This document shows positions 1-13,592 of a stretch of DNA of 64,000 bases, one piece after another. Position 1 is the first letter of the stretch, and each line of letters starts with the position of its first letter. Both the position numbers and the translations under genes were made by a program. Origin of the DNA: Torpedo marmorata (Eukaryota); contig OZ360236.1 in the NCBI GenBank assembly GCA_977017645.1, positions 24,118,001-24,182,000 on the forward strand, given 5' to 3'. The notes beneath the pieces are model-generated. The model searched no databases, had not been told where the DNA came from, and saw nothing but the letters and a program-made list of their open reading frames with translations.

Positions 1-1539
1 GTGCAGGCCATTACAGCCTACAAAACGAGAGGGAACACTATAGACGACTGTGATGCTTCACTACCCGATGAGCTGAACACCTTCTATGCCCGCTTTGAGA
101 AGAAGAACAAAACGGTGCCTAATAGAATCCCTGAGAGGGCAGAGGACCCTGTGATATCTGTCTCTGAGGGCGACGTCAGAACATCATTCAAGAGGGTGAA
201 CCCTCGCAAGGCGTCAGGCCCTGACGGCGTACCTGGCAGGGTATTGAAAATCTGCGCCAACCAACTAGCCGGAGTGTTCACGGACATTTTCAACCTCTCA
301 TTGCGGCAGTCAGAGGTTCCCACCTGCTTCAAAAGGGCATCAATCATCCCGGTGCCCAAGAAGAGTAGTGTGAGCTGCCTCAACGACTATCGCCCAGTAG
401 CACTAACTTCTACGGTGATGAAATGTTTTGAGAGGCTGGTCATGACCAGAATTAACACATACCTAAGCAAAGACCTGGACCCACTGCAATTCGCCTATCG
501 TCACAATCGCTCCACAGCAGATGCAATATCGCTGGCTCTCCACTCAGCTCTGGATCACCTCGAAAACAGCAATTCATACATACGGCTGCTCTTCATAGAC
601 TACAGCTCGGCCTTCAATACCATTATTCCCTCAGTGCTGGTCAAGAAGCTACAAACTCTAGGCCTCTGTACCCCACTCTGCAACTGGATCCTTGACTTTC
701 TCATCGGAAGACCACAGTCAGTACGAATTGGAAACAACGTCTCTTCCTCACTGATTATCAACACAGGCGCACCCCAAGGATGTGTGCTTAGCCCACTGCT
801 CTACTCGCTATACACTCATGACTGTGAGGCCAGGCACAATTCCAATGCCATATACAAGTTTGCCGATGACACCACAGTTGTCGGCAGAATCACAAACGGC
901 AATGAGGAAGCGTACAGGAGGGAGATAGATCAGCTCATTGAATGGTGTAATGACAACAACCTCGAGCTCAACGTCAGTAAAACCAAGGAGATGATTGTGG
1001 ACTTCAGGAGGAAGTCAGGGGAACACAACCCAGTCCTCATCGAGGGCTCAGTCGTGGAGAGGGTCAAGAACTTCAAATTCCTGGGTGTCAACATCTCCGA
1101 GGATCTGTCCTGGAGCATCCACGTGGATGCAATCACAAAGAAGGCTCGTCAGCGGCTATACTTTGTGAGGCGATTGCGGAGATTCGGTATGTCGCCAAAG
1201 ACTCTTGTGAACTTCTACAGGTGTACCGTGGAGAGCATTCTAGCTGGTTGCATCACTGCCTGGTATGGTGGTGCCAACTCCCAGGACAAGTGCAAACTCC
1301 AGAAGGTTGTTACCTCGGCTTGTGACATCACGGGCACCAAACTTCACTCCATCGAGGACATCTACATGAGGCGATGTCTTAATAAAGCAGCCTCTATCCT
1401 CAAGGACCCCCACCACCCAGGCCATGCCCTCTTCACGCTGCTTCCATCGGGGAAAAGGTACAGGAGCCTAAAGACGAGCACTCAACGGCACAAGGTCAGC
1501 TTCTTCCCCGCTGCCATCAGATTCCTGAACAATCAATGA
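1..1539 (+). CDS. Reverse transcriptase ORF (5' partial) of a Rex1/Babar-type non-LTR retrotransposon
   Basis: 512-aa open frame with RT motifs [53 protein letters not shown] and the C-terminal [20 protein letters not shown] region typical of Rex1-like elements. Confidence 0.92.
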   Translation: MQAITAYKTRGNTIDDCDASLPDELNTFYARFEKKNKTVPNRIPERAEDPVISVSEGDVRTSFKRVNPRKASGPDGVPGRVLKICANQLAGVFTDIFNLSLRQSEVPTCFKRASIIPVPKKSSVSCLNDYRPVALTSTVMKCFERLVMTRINTYLSKDLDPLQFAYRHNRSTADAISLALHSALDHLENSNSYIRLLFIDYSSAFNTIIPSVLVKKLQTLGLCTPLCNWILDFLIGRPQSVRIGNNVSSSLIINTGAPQGCVLSPLLYSLYTHDCEARHNSNAIYKFADDTTVVGRITNGNEEAYRREIDQLIEWCNDNNLELNVSKTKEMIVDFRRKSGEHNPVLIEGSVVERVKNFKFLGVNISEDLSWSIHVDAITKKARQRLYFVRRLRRFGMSPKTLVNFYRCTVESILAGCITAWYGGANSQDKCKLQKVVTSACDITGTKLHSIEDIYMRRCLNKAASILKDPHHPGHALFTLLPSGKRYRSLKTSTQRHKVSFFPAAIRFLNNQ

Positions 1540-1688
1540 ACCAAAGACACTAGTGCACTATTGTTTATAATTTTATATAGTAATGTCGTTAGAATGGTTA
1601 ATATGAATGTTAATTGCACTATGATGCTGCCGCAAAGCACCGAATTTCATGACTTGTTCATGACAATAAATTCTGATTCTGATTCTGA
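1..1688 (+). mobile_element. Rex1/Babar-type LINE, 3' portion with (TTCTGA)n tail
   Basis: RT ORF, short 3' UTR, AATAAA at 1665-1670, then ttctgattctgattctga tandem tail. Confidence 0.88.
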
Positions 1689-1714
1689 AGTATTCAGGAA
1701 GCAGAATCTTCATT

Positions 1715-2370
1715 GTCCAGTGTTACCAGATCATTTTAGTTCTTGCTTCACACAGACATGGGTTACTTCATTTGTTGAGCAGCTGCAAATGAAATTGAAC
1801 ATTACGCAGTCATCAATAAACATCCCCGATGGAAGGTTATTGATGAAGCAACTGAAACTGCCTCTACCGAGGACCCTGCCTTGAGGAACCTTTGCAGTGA
1901 TGTCATGGGGCTGGGAAGACTCGCCTCCAAAAATAACCACAAGCATCTTTTTTTTTGTGAAAGCTAAGACTCCAGCCATTGTAATGTTTTCCCTTTGATG
2001 TCTATGGACTTTGGTTTTACTGGAATGTCTCGATGCCACACTTGGTCCGATGGCCGCACTGATACCAAGGCAGTCACCCATGCCTCAGTTCAAAAATTCA
2101 GCTCAGCGTTCATGTTTGAATGAGGTCTGGGGTTGAGTGATCCTTCCAAAAGGTCATACTGTGCAACAGTGAGCAGGATATCAGTGAGGAAGTGCTGCTT
2201 AAAGGTATTGCTGACAATGGATTCTGATGTTTTGTTGGGAATTGAGGGAAGGATTGATTGTGCAGCTGCTCTGTGGAGTTGTCATGCTTCTTGTGAACAG
2301 AACATACCTGGATAGTTCCCACATTGTTGGGTAGATGCCAGTGTTGTTTGGGAAAATATGCACCCCTCAT
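1715..2370 (-). mobile_element. Old degenerate CR1/L2-clade LINE fragment
   Basis: Minus-strand translation DITAKVPQGRVLGRGSFSCFINNLPS resembles the RT GVPQGSVLGP..F...INDLP motif; frames are broken. Confidence 0.65.
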
Positions 2371-4721
2371 TTTAAAAAATTGTCTTATACTTTAAATATT
2401 GATTGTAACAATTTGTTTAAAAATTGAGGTTGTTTAAAAATTCTAAATCTTAGAATGACTGCAGTGGTACAAGTGTAGAATCAAAGAAAGCTTAGCTCAA
2501 GATAATAAAAATCTTTGCTGAGAGAATTCTGCATTCCCCCAATGTCAACAGTATCCCCACCCAGACAAGAGTATTGGATCAGAGACAGAATAAACTTTCT
2601 TCTGTAGAAAACAAAATACCGGTAACTTGTTGTAGCCTGTCCTGAGAGCAGCATTGTTCTTAGTTTTAATTCATTTCTCAGACTAGCTATCCTTGTGACT
2701 GAAGTAAGAAAGGAAATGTACAACAAATTGGTGCTGAAATCTAAGAAACTTTGCAGTTCTGTTCCTCCAGACCATCAAAAGTGCTAAATCTAATTTCATT
2801 TAAAGGTCAGGAGACTTTAATCGTATTAGCCCAGTTGGATTTACCCCGAGACCCAGAAGTAAAGAGAAACCAGGGTGACTCAAATCCATCAAGTCAATCT
2901 TTTCCTTTAATCCAAATCAATGTTCAGAATTTCATAACTTCCATTTGTAAGAAAAGTAGCCGGTCCATCATGAAATTCTTTCCAATTATTTTGCCAATGT
3001 TTAATGCCATTGATTTAAAACTCAGGGCATCAGATTTTAAAAGGTTCAACTGTGTCTATTTCTAGAGGATCTAAATAAATATTAGAATCCAGCAGGTTAG
3101 GCAACTTTAGAATTTTATATTGGCAGGAGACAGATAGTTACTGCAAAATAAGGCAAGTCTTAAGGAATTGGTTCCATGTGTTTTCATTGTATTGTCCTGG
3201 AAAGGAAATATAATCTCACTTAAAACAAGGCAAGGAAAATAATCATTTGGTATCAGTAATGCCTTTTTAAATTAGAAATAACATGCCTTATTAAATAGAT
3301 CATAAAATGTAGATAGTGGGGCCTGTGTTTTCAATATTGCTAAATAAATTATTTACAGAGCATTTTATTTCTTTAATTTGTATACTGTCTTTCAATCCCT
3401 CGCATCTTAAAACAAATTATTATATTCAGAAAACTGATTTATTAAAGTGCCAAAGTAAAAAAATTACTTCAGATTTGTAAGGTGTAATTTCAATCAGGAA
3501 ACACTCAGCAGGTTAGGCAGCATCCATGGGGAGAAATAAACAGTCAACATTTTGTGTCAGGACTATTCTTCAAATCAATTGAGATGCAGCCAAATGAATA
3601 TCAAGAATATGATAAAAGGAGATCACATACATTTAATTATTTAACTAAATTTTTCTACAAAGGATTCTTCAGTTACCAGTGAGAAAAACAGCTTTCCATT
3701 TTCACTGTGTACCTGTAATTGATTCCGAATATTTTCTTTTGTGTTCATGATTTAAGTTTAACCTATTGAATCAACTTTTTTTTATATACATTAACATCAC
3801 ATCAATACTGCTTCATTTCAAGCATTGAAGGATAAGGAATTATTAACTGAATTATGCTGGCTGTTAGAATTACAGAGCGAAGCAAAGTTGTAAGTGACCA
3901 CAGCAGACTGGAATACATCTCTCAGTCAGAAACAGATATATTGCAACAAGGAAGAAAAGATGAAAAAGCCAGAAATACAAAGAGAGGCAAAACAGACATA
4001 GACTCGCTGTATAAGTTGTCAAAGAGCATTATTTGATAACTTGGTCCAGAATTTCCTGTTATGCAGTAACTACTAACTCATTTTTAGCAGATCTGATGAT
4101 AACAACTTCATCACCAAAGCCATCTCAATCCTCAGCGACTAAGCCCATTATGTCAGTACAGCCTTGCATACATACATACGAATATTCTCACAGGTATCAG
4201 TTAGGGCTGGAGGAGGGGAGCGGCAGAACAAGTGCAACACCCAAGAAAATGAAGAAAAGCATTTGACTACTGGCCAAGTCATAAATTCTGTTTAGCATAT
4301 TGACAAACCCATCAACAATTTTGAATGTTTCAGAATGTCTTTGATATTAAAAAAACATTCAGAAACTTCCAACAAAATTATAAAAAATATTGGAACTTTC
4401 TATAGTTTACACAAATACCAAATAAATTACTTAAAACATATCAGAACATTTAACAGCAATTTTTTTTTAAACGTTTGTTTTAATCTTTCTCACTTACAGT
4501 CTTCAGTTTCCAACCAAATGGAAATGCTGTTGACCTTGCATAGATGTTTCAGGTGGATCACCACATATGCAAACTAGGGAACGGTCACAAATTTGTGGTC
4601 TATCACTGTGACTCTCCAGAAGCCGAGATGAGAAAAGGTTGGCACCAGCAAATCTAGGACTTGTCATCAGTCAGACAGACAGACAAACACGAAGCCCAAA
4701 TATGGCATCAATTATGCAAGT

Positions 4722-4950
4722 AAATCAGAATTAGTATTTATTCTTATGAACATGTCACGAAATTCGTTGTTTTGCGGCAGCATTGCAGGTGAAAATATTG
4801 CGATAAATTACATTCTAAAAAATAATAAAATGATGAATAATAAATAATTAATATATAAATATAAAATAATAAATAATAATTAAAATAATAAAAATGAATA
4901 AATGAAAAAATAATAAAATAACTAAATAATAAAAAATAATACATGCCAGG
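4722..4950 (-). mobile_element. Rex1-type 3' UTR/tail fragment (related to 1540-1688)
   Basis: Reverse complement gctgccgcaaaacaacgaatttcgtgacatgttcataagaataaa matches the tail at 1626-1670; AT-rich UTR. Confidence 0.7.
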
Positions 4951-5760
4951 CAAGTCAAGTCACCTTTATTTGTCGTTCATTACCATATGCACAGTAAGAC
5001 AAGATAGCGTTTCTCCAGGACCATGGGCAGATGTACATAAATGTCATAATACAATAGAAAAAAACTATAGCATGCTAATACACATATATATCTAGGAACT
5101 GAGGAGCCTGATGGCTTGGGGGAAAAAAAACTGTTGCACAGTCTGGACGTACGAGCCCGAGTGCTTCGGTACCTCCTTCCAGATAGCAAAGGGGAAAACA
5201 GTTTACCAAAGGGGTGTGAGAAGTCCTTCACAATGTTTTTAGCCTTCCTCATGCATCGTGTGTTGTAGATGTCTGTCATGGTGGGGAGAGAGACTCCAAT
5301 AATTTTCTCCACTGCCCTCACTATCCTCTGCAGGGTCTTTCGGTCCAAGGTGGTACAGTTACCAAACCAAGCGGTGATGCAATTGCTCAGAATACTCTCA
5401 ATTCATCCCCTGTAGAATTTAGTAAGGATAGGGGGTGGGAGATGAACTTTCCTCAGTCTTCGCAGGAAGTAAAGACGCTGCTGGGCTTTCTTGACTATGG
5501 AACTGGTGTTTAGGGACCAGCTGAGACTCTCCGCCAAGTGCACTCCAAGAAACTTGGTACTCTTTATGACCTCAACGGCAGAGCCATCCATGGTCAAAGG
5601 AGAATGATCCCCCGGGGCCCTTCTGAAGTCGACAACCAACTCTTTTGTTTTGTTCACGTTCAGCTGCAGGTTGTTGTTTCCGCACCATTCCATTAGCGAC
5701 TGCACCTCATCTCTGTATGCTGACTCATCATTCTTACTTATAAGGCCCACCACGGTTGTA
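4950..5760 (-). mobile_element. 5'-truncated Rex1-type LINE with (GACTT)n tail
   Basis: ORFs 5403-5753 and 4980-5348 encode VVGLI..DESAYR..WC..NNLQLNVNKTKEL, KKAQQRLYFLRRL and LLSGRRYRS; tail caagtcaagtca next to tttatt. Confidence 0.88.
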
Positions 5761-6305
5761 TGTCACATACTACTTAACCCCAATACAATCAACTCTGATC
5801 TCCTCATTTGATATCTGAACATTCATTTCTGGCAAAGTTTGTGAGTAGGTATCAAGAGTAGAATTTATGGCCAATTTTCTCCTCCTTCACAGTGAATCAC
5901 GAGTTTGTATTGTTAGACCTGGCAAAGATCAAGTGGCTAAGTATACACTAGAGATGGAATGGTAAACCTTACCGTCAGTTTAGTTTCATGGATAAACTTA
6001 CAGATACTATTTAATATCTAATTGGGCAGATAATTTACAAAGTACAAACTTTTTTAAAAAGTACGTGGGTACTGCTTTCCTTATTACTGGTGTTTATTGT
6101 CAGATTGCAAGGGTGAAAATATGAATCAAAGTGGAGTTGCAGAGGTTTGGTGTGTGGCTGCATTTGATATGTTAATTGCAATGTCTTGATTAATTTGTCA
6201 CTGTCTGGAGTATATTTGCAAAGACTATCCACTCACATCAAGCAACTCACTGGGCATTAAGCACTTAAATAATTGCTCAGATCCCAAATTATTACAAATG
6301 TTAAT

Positions 6306-6935
6306 ACAAGAACACAAGAAATAGGAGAAGAAGTCAGCTAACTGGCCCGTTAAGCCTGCTCCACCTTTCAATAAATCATGGCTGATCTGGCTGTAGATTC
6401 AGCTCAACTTACCTGCCTGTTCCCCAAAATGCCCAATTCCTCTATTATTCAAAAATATACCTGTCTTAAATACATTTAATGAGACAGCCTCTTTTGTTCC
6501 ATTGAGCAAAGAATTCCACAGATTCATAACTTTTCTGGGGGAAGCAGTTTCCTCTAATCGATCTGAAATCCACTCCCCCGAATCTTGAGGCTGTGTCCCC
6601 TGCCTGCCAGTGGAAACAACCTCCCTGCTTCTATCTTATCTCGTCCTTTCAGAATTTTATGTGTTTCTAAAAGATCTCCCCTCATCTTTCTTATCTCTAG
6701 TGACTCTAGCCCCAAGCGAGTCAATCTCTCCCCATAAGCTAGCCTCTCCATTTCTGGAATCAACCTGGTCAACCTCCTCTGCACTGCCTCCAAAGCCGGG
6801 ATATCCTTTCTCAAGTAAGGAATCCAGAATTGCATGCAATATTCCAGGTGCAGACTCACCAGTATCTGTACAGTTGCAACAGAGCCTCCCTGCTCTTAAA
6901 TTCAATCCTTCAAGCAATGAAAGCCAATATCCAAT
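6306..6935 (-). mobile_element. CR1 LINE 3' fragment
   Basis: HLEYCMQFWIPYLRKDIPALEAVQRRLTRLIP; CR1 3' UTR with cagccatgat and cttgtgttct tail. Confidence 0.88.
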
Positions 6936-8022
6936 ATGATTATCTGATGCAACAGAAAATTAACTTTTTGTGGACAATAGCATGCAGCAATCTTTCACCA
7001 TTTAAATAATAGTCTGATATACTATTTTTCCTTCCAAATATGAGGACATTGTTCATGGAAAGAACAGCAAATTGTTACCACCAGGGATATTCCTTTCTGA
7101 TGTTCTTTATGATTCCTTTCTTCATGGTTTTGCACCAAAGAATCAAAAGATTTGTGATTTATGTGGTAATCAATCCTTCTGTAGTAATATACTTCATTAT
7201 GTCCTTTCCCCTTTTATGTTGTAACTCTTCTTCCTTAATTACAGGTCCTCAATATCCCACACAGTTTTTTTTGCGATCAGGATAATCAAAAGACCTTGTC
7301 TGACTGAAGACTGAAAATGAATACTTCTCCAAACATCTCCTCCACAGGACCTTTATATTTATGTACCATTTCTTTTACATCTTGATGCATGGTGTTAATA
7401 ACTCCAACAGATTGTGTCACCAAGAGAGACCCTCATGCGAGGAAAAGTCATGCGTGTTGTTGAGTGGGAAAGTGTGGGAAGATGATCTCTATTACTCTAA
7501 TGTATCAATGGAGATCCGATAACAAAATAAATAACTGACCTATACACAAATCCAAAGGTTCCTTTTTTTTAATCCTTCTTTGTTCAGCAGGCTATACAAT
7601 TCTTTTATACCTTCTGTTTTCGTAAAAACTTTCAAAATTAGGTGGAAAATAAACAGATTTCTCAGAAACTAGGAATTTGTAGGCATACTCCGGTTGGCTC
7701 AAATAATCACTGGTCTCATTTGTTCCACACTGGTGTTAAGTCAGCCATGCAGTCCGAACATCAACTTCAATTGTGGGCCCCGTACACAGCTTTTAGTTAC
7801 TGCTACTTTTGTAGCTTTTAATAAGCTCTAACAAATGAATGATACAACCTGCCACTGATTAAACATTGACCTGCTAACTTCCCCAGCTTATTCTCAAGAG
7901 ATCTCCGTCATAAAAACATAAGACATCCCACAACAGTAATCATTTCCTTCACATTGGTAAAGGCTTGCCTTTACCTAGCATTGTTCACACAAATCATGTG
8001 CTAATGAAGTACTTTTAAAATA

Positions 8023-8227
8023 CAGTTAGACCCCTGGTTTCTGGCACCTATGGGGATTGGTAGATGACGGATAAGTGAATTTTCTGCTTGTTTGAGATTA
8101 TGTGTGGCGTAATTGGTGAACTAACCACTAGGGGGTGCCTATTTTAAACGTTCGTATTTTTTCCCTATTTATTTTCCGCGACTTTTTTTGCCAATTGCTT
8201 GAATTCTGGATAACAGGGATTTTACTG
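8023..8227. mobile_element. Tc1/mariner (Tigger-like) MITE
   Basis: TA flanks at 8021-8022 and 8228-8229; imperfect TIRs cagttagacccctg / cagggattttactg; homologous to 24392-24560. Confidence 0.75.
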
Positions 8228-8348
8228 TACTGCAAAGCTGGAAAAACATATGCCAATATTCACATACCATTTTTCCTCAAACAATAATCTCCCAATAACT
8301 ACAAAATCTATTTTGGTAATATTTATCTTACATTTATTTTTATATTTA

Positions 8349-8590
8349 TATTTAGAACAGCACGGTGACAGGCCCTTTTGGCCCACGAGCTCGTGCCGCC
8401 CAATTACATCCAATTGACCTACAACCCCTGTACGTTTTGAAGGGTGGAAGGAAACCGGAGGACCCCGAGGAAACCCACGCAGACATGGGGAGAACCTACA
8501 AACTCCTTACAGGTAGCGCGGGATTCAAACCCGGTCGTTGACACTGTAACAGCGTTGCGTTAGCCGCTACATTAACCGTGCCACCCCTAC
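8349..8590 (-). mobile_element. tRNA-derived V-SINE
   Basis: Reverse strand has a tRNA-like head (B-box gggtttgaatccc), V-domain gtttgt..ttctcccc..tgcgtgggtttcctc..ggtttcct and a CR1-like tail. Confidence 0.85.
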
Positions 8591-8599
8591 GCTAACCAT

Positions 8600-8860
8600 G
8601 CATATTAATTGTGGGATAAGTCTTGGAAAAGACACCAAGAATAATTCCCTTGAGATTCTTTGAACTTGTGCTGTGGGATCCTTACATTCACTTGACAAAG
8701 TCGTTGGAATGTCAGTTTAACAACTCATCTAATTCACAACTTTTTCAACTGTGCAGCAAACCTCAATACTGCACTGAAGTGTCAGCTGAAGTTCTTGTGC
8801 TCTAGTCACTGGAGTGGGACTTGAACCTAGAACTTTCCAACAGAAGCAAGAACACAAATA
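8600..8860 (-). mobile_element. Ancient Deu-domain SINE (SacSINE1/AmnSINE-like)
   Basis: Reverse strand reads ggttcaagtcccactccagtgactagagcac..gctgacacttcagtgcagtattgagg..tgctgcacag..gatcccacagcac, as recalled for the Deu domain; a probable 3' part lies near 7960-8020. Confidence 0.6.
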
Positions 8861-9164
8861 ACAGACACTATTGATAAATAGAGGAATCTCAGTCACCATA
8901 ACCGTACTTGCTCTGGTGAAATGCATTAATGTTGAGACAACTATGTGAAGCCTGAGAGGTTCTGGAAACACGACACAAATATTAGAAGAATCTTAATAAT
9001 AAATTGTGGCAAGTTGATATAAATATACAGAAGATGGTTAAACAAAGCAATGAGAAGATCTGAAACGCATTTCTAGGAAATATTTGGACACTGCTCTCTG
9101 TAGCCTTGGGAGTTTCTGGCAAAGATACACAGATATTGCAAACTGGACTGAAAACAGGCCATCG

Positions 9165-10120
9165 CATGAAAAACAAAGAGTTGAACTAAATGGCCTTTTT
9201 CAGATAGGAGAGATGAAACTAGTGAAGTACCCCAGGGATCAGCTTTTGGCCCACTGTTGTTTACTATTTTCATCAGTGACCTGGAAGAGAGAACAAAATG
9301 TAAGGTTTACAAATTTGCCGCTGATGCAAAAATAGCTGGAAGAGTATGTTGTGATGAGGACTCTGAACTCTGAAGAGGGATATAGATGGAGCGAATGATT
9401 GGGTGAAAATGGAGTTTAATGTGGGAAGATATCATCTAAATGGAGAGAACTGAAAATGATTGAAGTTCAGAAGGATTCAGGAATTCTGGTACACGAATCA
9501 CAAAAGTTACCAGGTAGAGACCTATAAGTAGTTAAGATGGCAAACAGCATGGCCTTCATTGGGAAGGAGTTGGAGTTTAAGAATAGGAAGTTTTTGTACA
9601 ATTGTGCAGGGTGTTGGTGTGGTGACACCTGGAATAGTCCACAGTTTGAGTCATTTTATTTTAAAAAGGGATAGAGTAGTATTAGTCCAAAGGAGTTTCA
9701 CCCAGCTAATTACTTGGATGAGCATGTTATCCTCTCAAGAGGCTAGACAGTTTCTTCCTTGGAATTCAGAAGAAGAAAAGATGTCCTTACTCAGACATAC
9801 AAGATCCTAAGGGGGGGCTGGCAGGGTAGATTTTGAGATGTTATCATAAATGGAAGAGTTACAAACAAGGGGACACAACAAAAAAAAAAAAATAAGGGCC
9901 AGTCATTTAAAACTGAGGCGTTTAGAAATTTCTCTCAGAGTCAATTCTCTGCCCCTGAGTGTGATGAGGATGGTCATTCAATATAGTTAAGGTGGAGGTA
10001 GCCAAAGATTGGAAAGATTGAGGAATTGGGGATGATGGGGAACTGGAATTTGTGACCAGTGTCAATTAACCATGATCATATTGAAAGCCCTGGTGGCTTG
10101 CTCCTGTTTTTCTTGAGTTC
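9165..10120 (+). mobile_element. Degenerate CR1 LINE (RT C-terminal part and 3' UTR)
   Basis: Remnants of GVPQGS (gtaccccagggatca), KFAADAK and a CR1 3' end; many frameshifts. Confidence 0.75.
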
Positions 10121-11069
10121 CAAGAGAATCTTAAATCACAATACAACATGTTGCAAATATTTCGTCAAAATAAAACAAAACACTTCCATCTAGAGGAAAT
10201 AGGTGATGTGCTTCCTCCCATTTGGAAAGGTGATCAGAAACCTACCATACGTTCCTTGCAACAGAGAACTAATAAAGTAACTTCCACCTCTGGCACCTTG
10301 TTCCCCTCCCTGTCTCTTTCTGCAAGATTTTTAACACCAATATACACTTTTTTCATTCAGGAGATCTGGAGAAATTTCACACAAATCTCAATGATCACAA
10401 CTTAAAAAGTCGTGAAGAATCAAACTGAGCCAAAACATTTGGTCTGTGTTCATATTTGAGTGCAAGTTTTGGAGAGGGGGGGGTATATTCATTTCCCTTT
10501 ATGTGATTAAGTAAAATTGCACCTGAATGCAACCTCAGCTCAGCAGAGAACAATTCCCCCTTTCAAATGCTTTTTTGTTCAATAATGTAGGACAGAGCAG
10601 CCATTGAAGAAATAATGTCTGCTCTGCAGCTGGTCCAGAGTAAGTGCCAAGATATTTGGGAGTTATTTCTAATGAAGAAAAGAAGTGTAATGCTTCAGTT
10701 GGGGGGGGCGGGGGGAGGAGGCAAGGGTGTGATCAACTTAACAAGAAACGTAAACAAGTGTAAAGGAGGCAAAAAGGATTAAAAGTTCTCTTAATTTGCC
10801 TGCCAATGTTTTGGTCGTATTTAAATCATTTGGAGTACACACTGGTAAACTATCTAAAGCGATCAACAATGTACTTCATTAAGTATTTGGCAAGGAGCAC
10901 ATTGACTTGTAAAGAGTGAGGCTGTAAGTTGCTGTAGTCTTTCCTTCATTGATCCATATCCATATAAAGGTAAATACAGTGAATAGGTGAGGCTGTGTTA
11001 CTCATTATGTCATACAGGGTGATGCTTTAAAAAAAAATTCTAATTATGTTCAACTTGTGCAATGGCCAT

Positions 11070-11232
11070 TCGTTACCTGTTAGCAGTTCTTTTGATTGTT
11101 TACATGTTTACGCTGTGTACAGTTTACTTTTTGCACTACCAATTAGTGGTAATTCTGCCGCACCCGCAGGGAAAAGAATCTCAGGGTTGTATGTGACGTC
11201 ATGTATATACTCTGACAATAAATCTGAAATCT
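11070..11232 (+). mobile_element. Rex1-type 3' UTR fragment
   Basis: Closely matches 45625-45790 (ccaattagtggtaattctgcc..tctgacaataaatctga). Confidence 0.85.
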
Positions 11233-12156
11233 TCTGAGAAATGATATTTTGCATTAAGCACAGTACACCTGCCACATTCAGAGCATTTCAAGGAAATGAT
11301 CTACCTACTTCTTACATTCTCTGAATAGTACACCATCATTGGCACGGCATTTCCATGTACTATTAATTCAATAACACTTTCATACATCATACGTTTGTGT
11401 CTGTTTGAAGTGTCGTGAACAAAGTTGCTCGAGTTTCACAACAATAATTGTTTTCTTGAGAGTTATTATTTATTAATTGATAGTACAAGATACAGGAGAT
11501 ATTATCTTCTTTCATTTGTGGATTCCTGAGATTTAAGCATACTCGAGGCTGATAATTTAGTATTGAGGAAGTATACCCTGATGATATTTGCTGTCTTTCA
11601 ATGAAAAATGAAGAAAAATGATAGTGTTTTTGTTTTGTAAAATTTTGGAATTTGCAGTGGCAATGAGGTCTAAAATTATTCCATCAAACGTTCCTCTACT
11701 CTACCTCTGGCTACCGAGGTTTATCGTGTTTATTAATGCAAGAACTTACAGTCATAGAGAATGGAACACTACATCAGACAACCTGGAACCATTTAATCCT
11801 AACTGGACAATAGAAATTAGAGAGTAATAATTTGCCCTCGAAAGACTTGAAATGGCAGCATTTTATGCACAGTTTTCCAAATTCAGCCAATTAATTTCTA
11901 AACTGAGGTTTGGAAGCACCAGAATCAGAACAAAATTCCCCGCACTTACTCCCTCTCTCTCATGGAGAGCAGGTCATTCCACTATATTTAATGATGAATG
12001 TCTCCACTACTTGTTTTACTGATGTCGTTCATTCCACACTCAAACATGCAGCTGAAGCAAGCAGTTAATAGCAAAAGGACTTGAGTACAGATACCAATAC
12101 AAATTTTAAAAGGAATTTGACAGGTATTTAGATATGAAAGGTGTAAAGGTACTTGG

Positions 12157-12313
12157 AAGTAAAACACGAAAATCTGTAGATACCGTGGTTGAAGTAAAAA
12201 ACACAAATGCTGGAGAAACTCAGCAGGTCAAACAGTGTCTTTTATGCAGAAAAGGTAGAAATACATAACCGACGTTTCGGGCTTGAGCCCTTCATCAAAG
12301 TATGAGAAAATGC
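12157..12313 (-). mobile_element. Short Penelope-like (PLE) terminal fragment with hammerhead motif
   Basis: Matches the terminus of the GIY-YIG-containing element at 37773-39156; inserted in a CR1 3' end. Confidence 0.85.
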
Positions 12314-12419
12314 TTGGGCCTAAACCAGGCAAATGGGTTTAGTGTATATAGGCATTACAGAGAACATGGATGAGGTGAGGCAGAAGGCCAGTTTCTATGC
12401 CATATGAATCTACACAAGA

Positions 12420-12975
12420 GCAAGGATACCTTGCTACAATTATAAAGGGTCTTGATGAAACCACATTTGAAGTACTGTATTGTGTACATTTTGGTCTCCT
12501 TACCTCAAAAGAATATATTTCCTTCAGACAGAATGTAATGAAAGTTCACCTGGTTGATTCCTGGCATGGTAAAATTGTCAAATGAAAAGAGATTTGACTA
12601 GATTTGTCTTCATAAGAATGAGTGGGGATCTCACTGAAATGTTTAAAATGCTGACAGGTCTAGACATATAAACTTGATTAGACGTTTCTTCTGGCAGGGA
12701 TGCTTCCCAATATTGCACCCCCATGCTCGGGAGCAAGAGAGTTAGGACAACGATGAGACATTTCTTCACAGAAAAAAATAACAACCACAAAAGATGGCAG
12801 AAGTCAAAATGCTGAATTGTTTTTAGGAAAGAGATAAATTTCTAGATGCAAATTACATGGATAGTGGGAAAATAGTACTGAAAGAGAAGATGGGCCAGAA
12901 TTCCATGAATGGAAGAGTGGATGCAAAGGGAAAAATGCCCTACTTCTGCTCCAATTTTACACATTTCTGTGTTTC
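12420..12975 (+). mobile_element. Degenerate CR1 3' fragment
   Basis: Similar to the 21160-21710 CR1 (ttttggtctccttacc, ttcacctggttgattcctgg, ggggatctcactgaa). Confidence 0.7.
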
Positions 12976-13244
12976 TTACACTTTTAGTTTATCTGCAAAA
13001 ATGCTAGATAATTTTGAGCGAGCGAGGGAGCCATCCCTGCAGAGGACTATTCTAATGCACTGGTGTGACAAGTTTTTCACATTTTACACGGAGTATTAAT
13101 TTCATGGAGTTACGGATACAAGGAACAGACTTCAGATTGCCCAAAAACTTAACAAAAGTAGAACCTACCCAGTCAATAGATTTCGGAGATTTAATTGAGT
13201 GAGAACATTTCCCCTCAGATATTACCAGATCTCCAGAAAGATGA

Positions 13245-13592
13245 CAGTAGCACAGTGTTGCAGCCAGCAGAGCTGCCACCACTCCACCACTTGGCTCCAG
13301 TAACCCAGGTTCATTTCTGGTCTCCAGTGGTGTCTGTCAAGCTTATGTGTTCTCCCTGTGACAGCATGGGTTTCCTTTGGGTGCTCAGATTTCCTCCCAT
13401 GTCAAAAGACGTGGAGGTTGTTGGTTGACTAGCCAATGTTAATATCCCCGAGAGTGGAGATGAGTGGTAGTATCTTGGAGGAGTTGATGGAAATGTGGGA
13501 AGAGTAAAATGGGGCGAGTGTAGGATTAGTATGGATGGTCAGCGTGGACTCACTGTGTTGGAAGGCCTGTTTCCATGCTGTATGACTCGATG
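13245..13592 (+). mobile_element. Older V-SINE copy
   Basis: V-domain tgttctccctgtgacagcatgggtttcc..gtgctc..ttcctcccat and tail gaaggcctgtttccatgctgtatgactc. Confidence 0.75.

Noticed and set aside
2480-4560. Possible plus-strand exons (about 2505-2621, 4090-4193, 4500-4543)
   Set aside because: Splice-like signals are present but the translations match nothing I recognise; could not be linked to a neighbouring gene such as CHD6.
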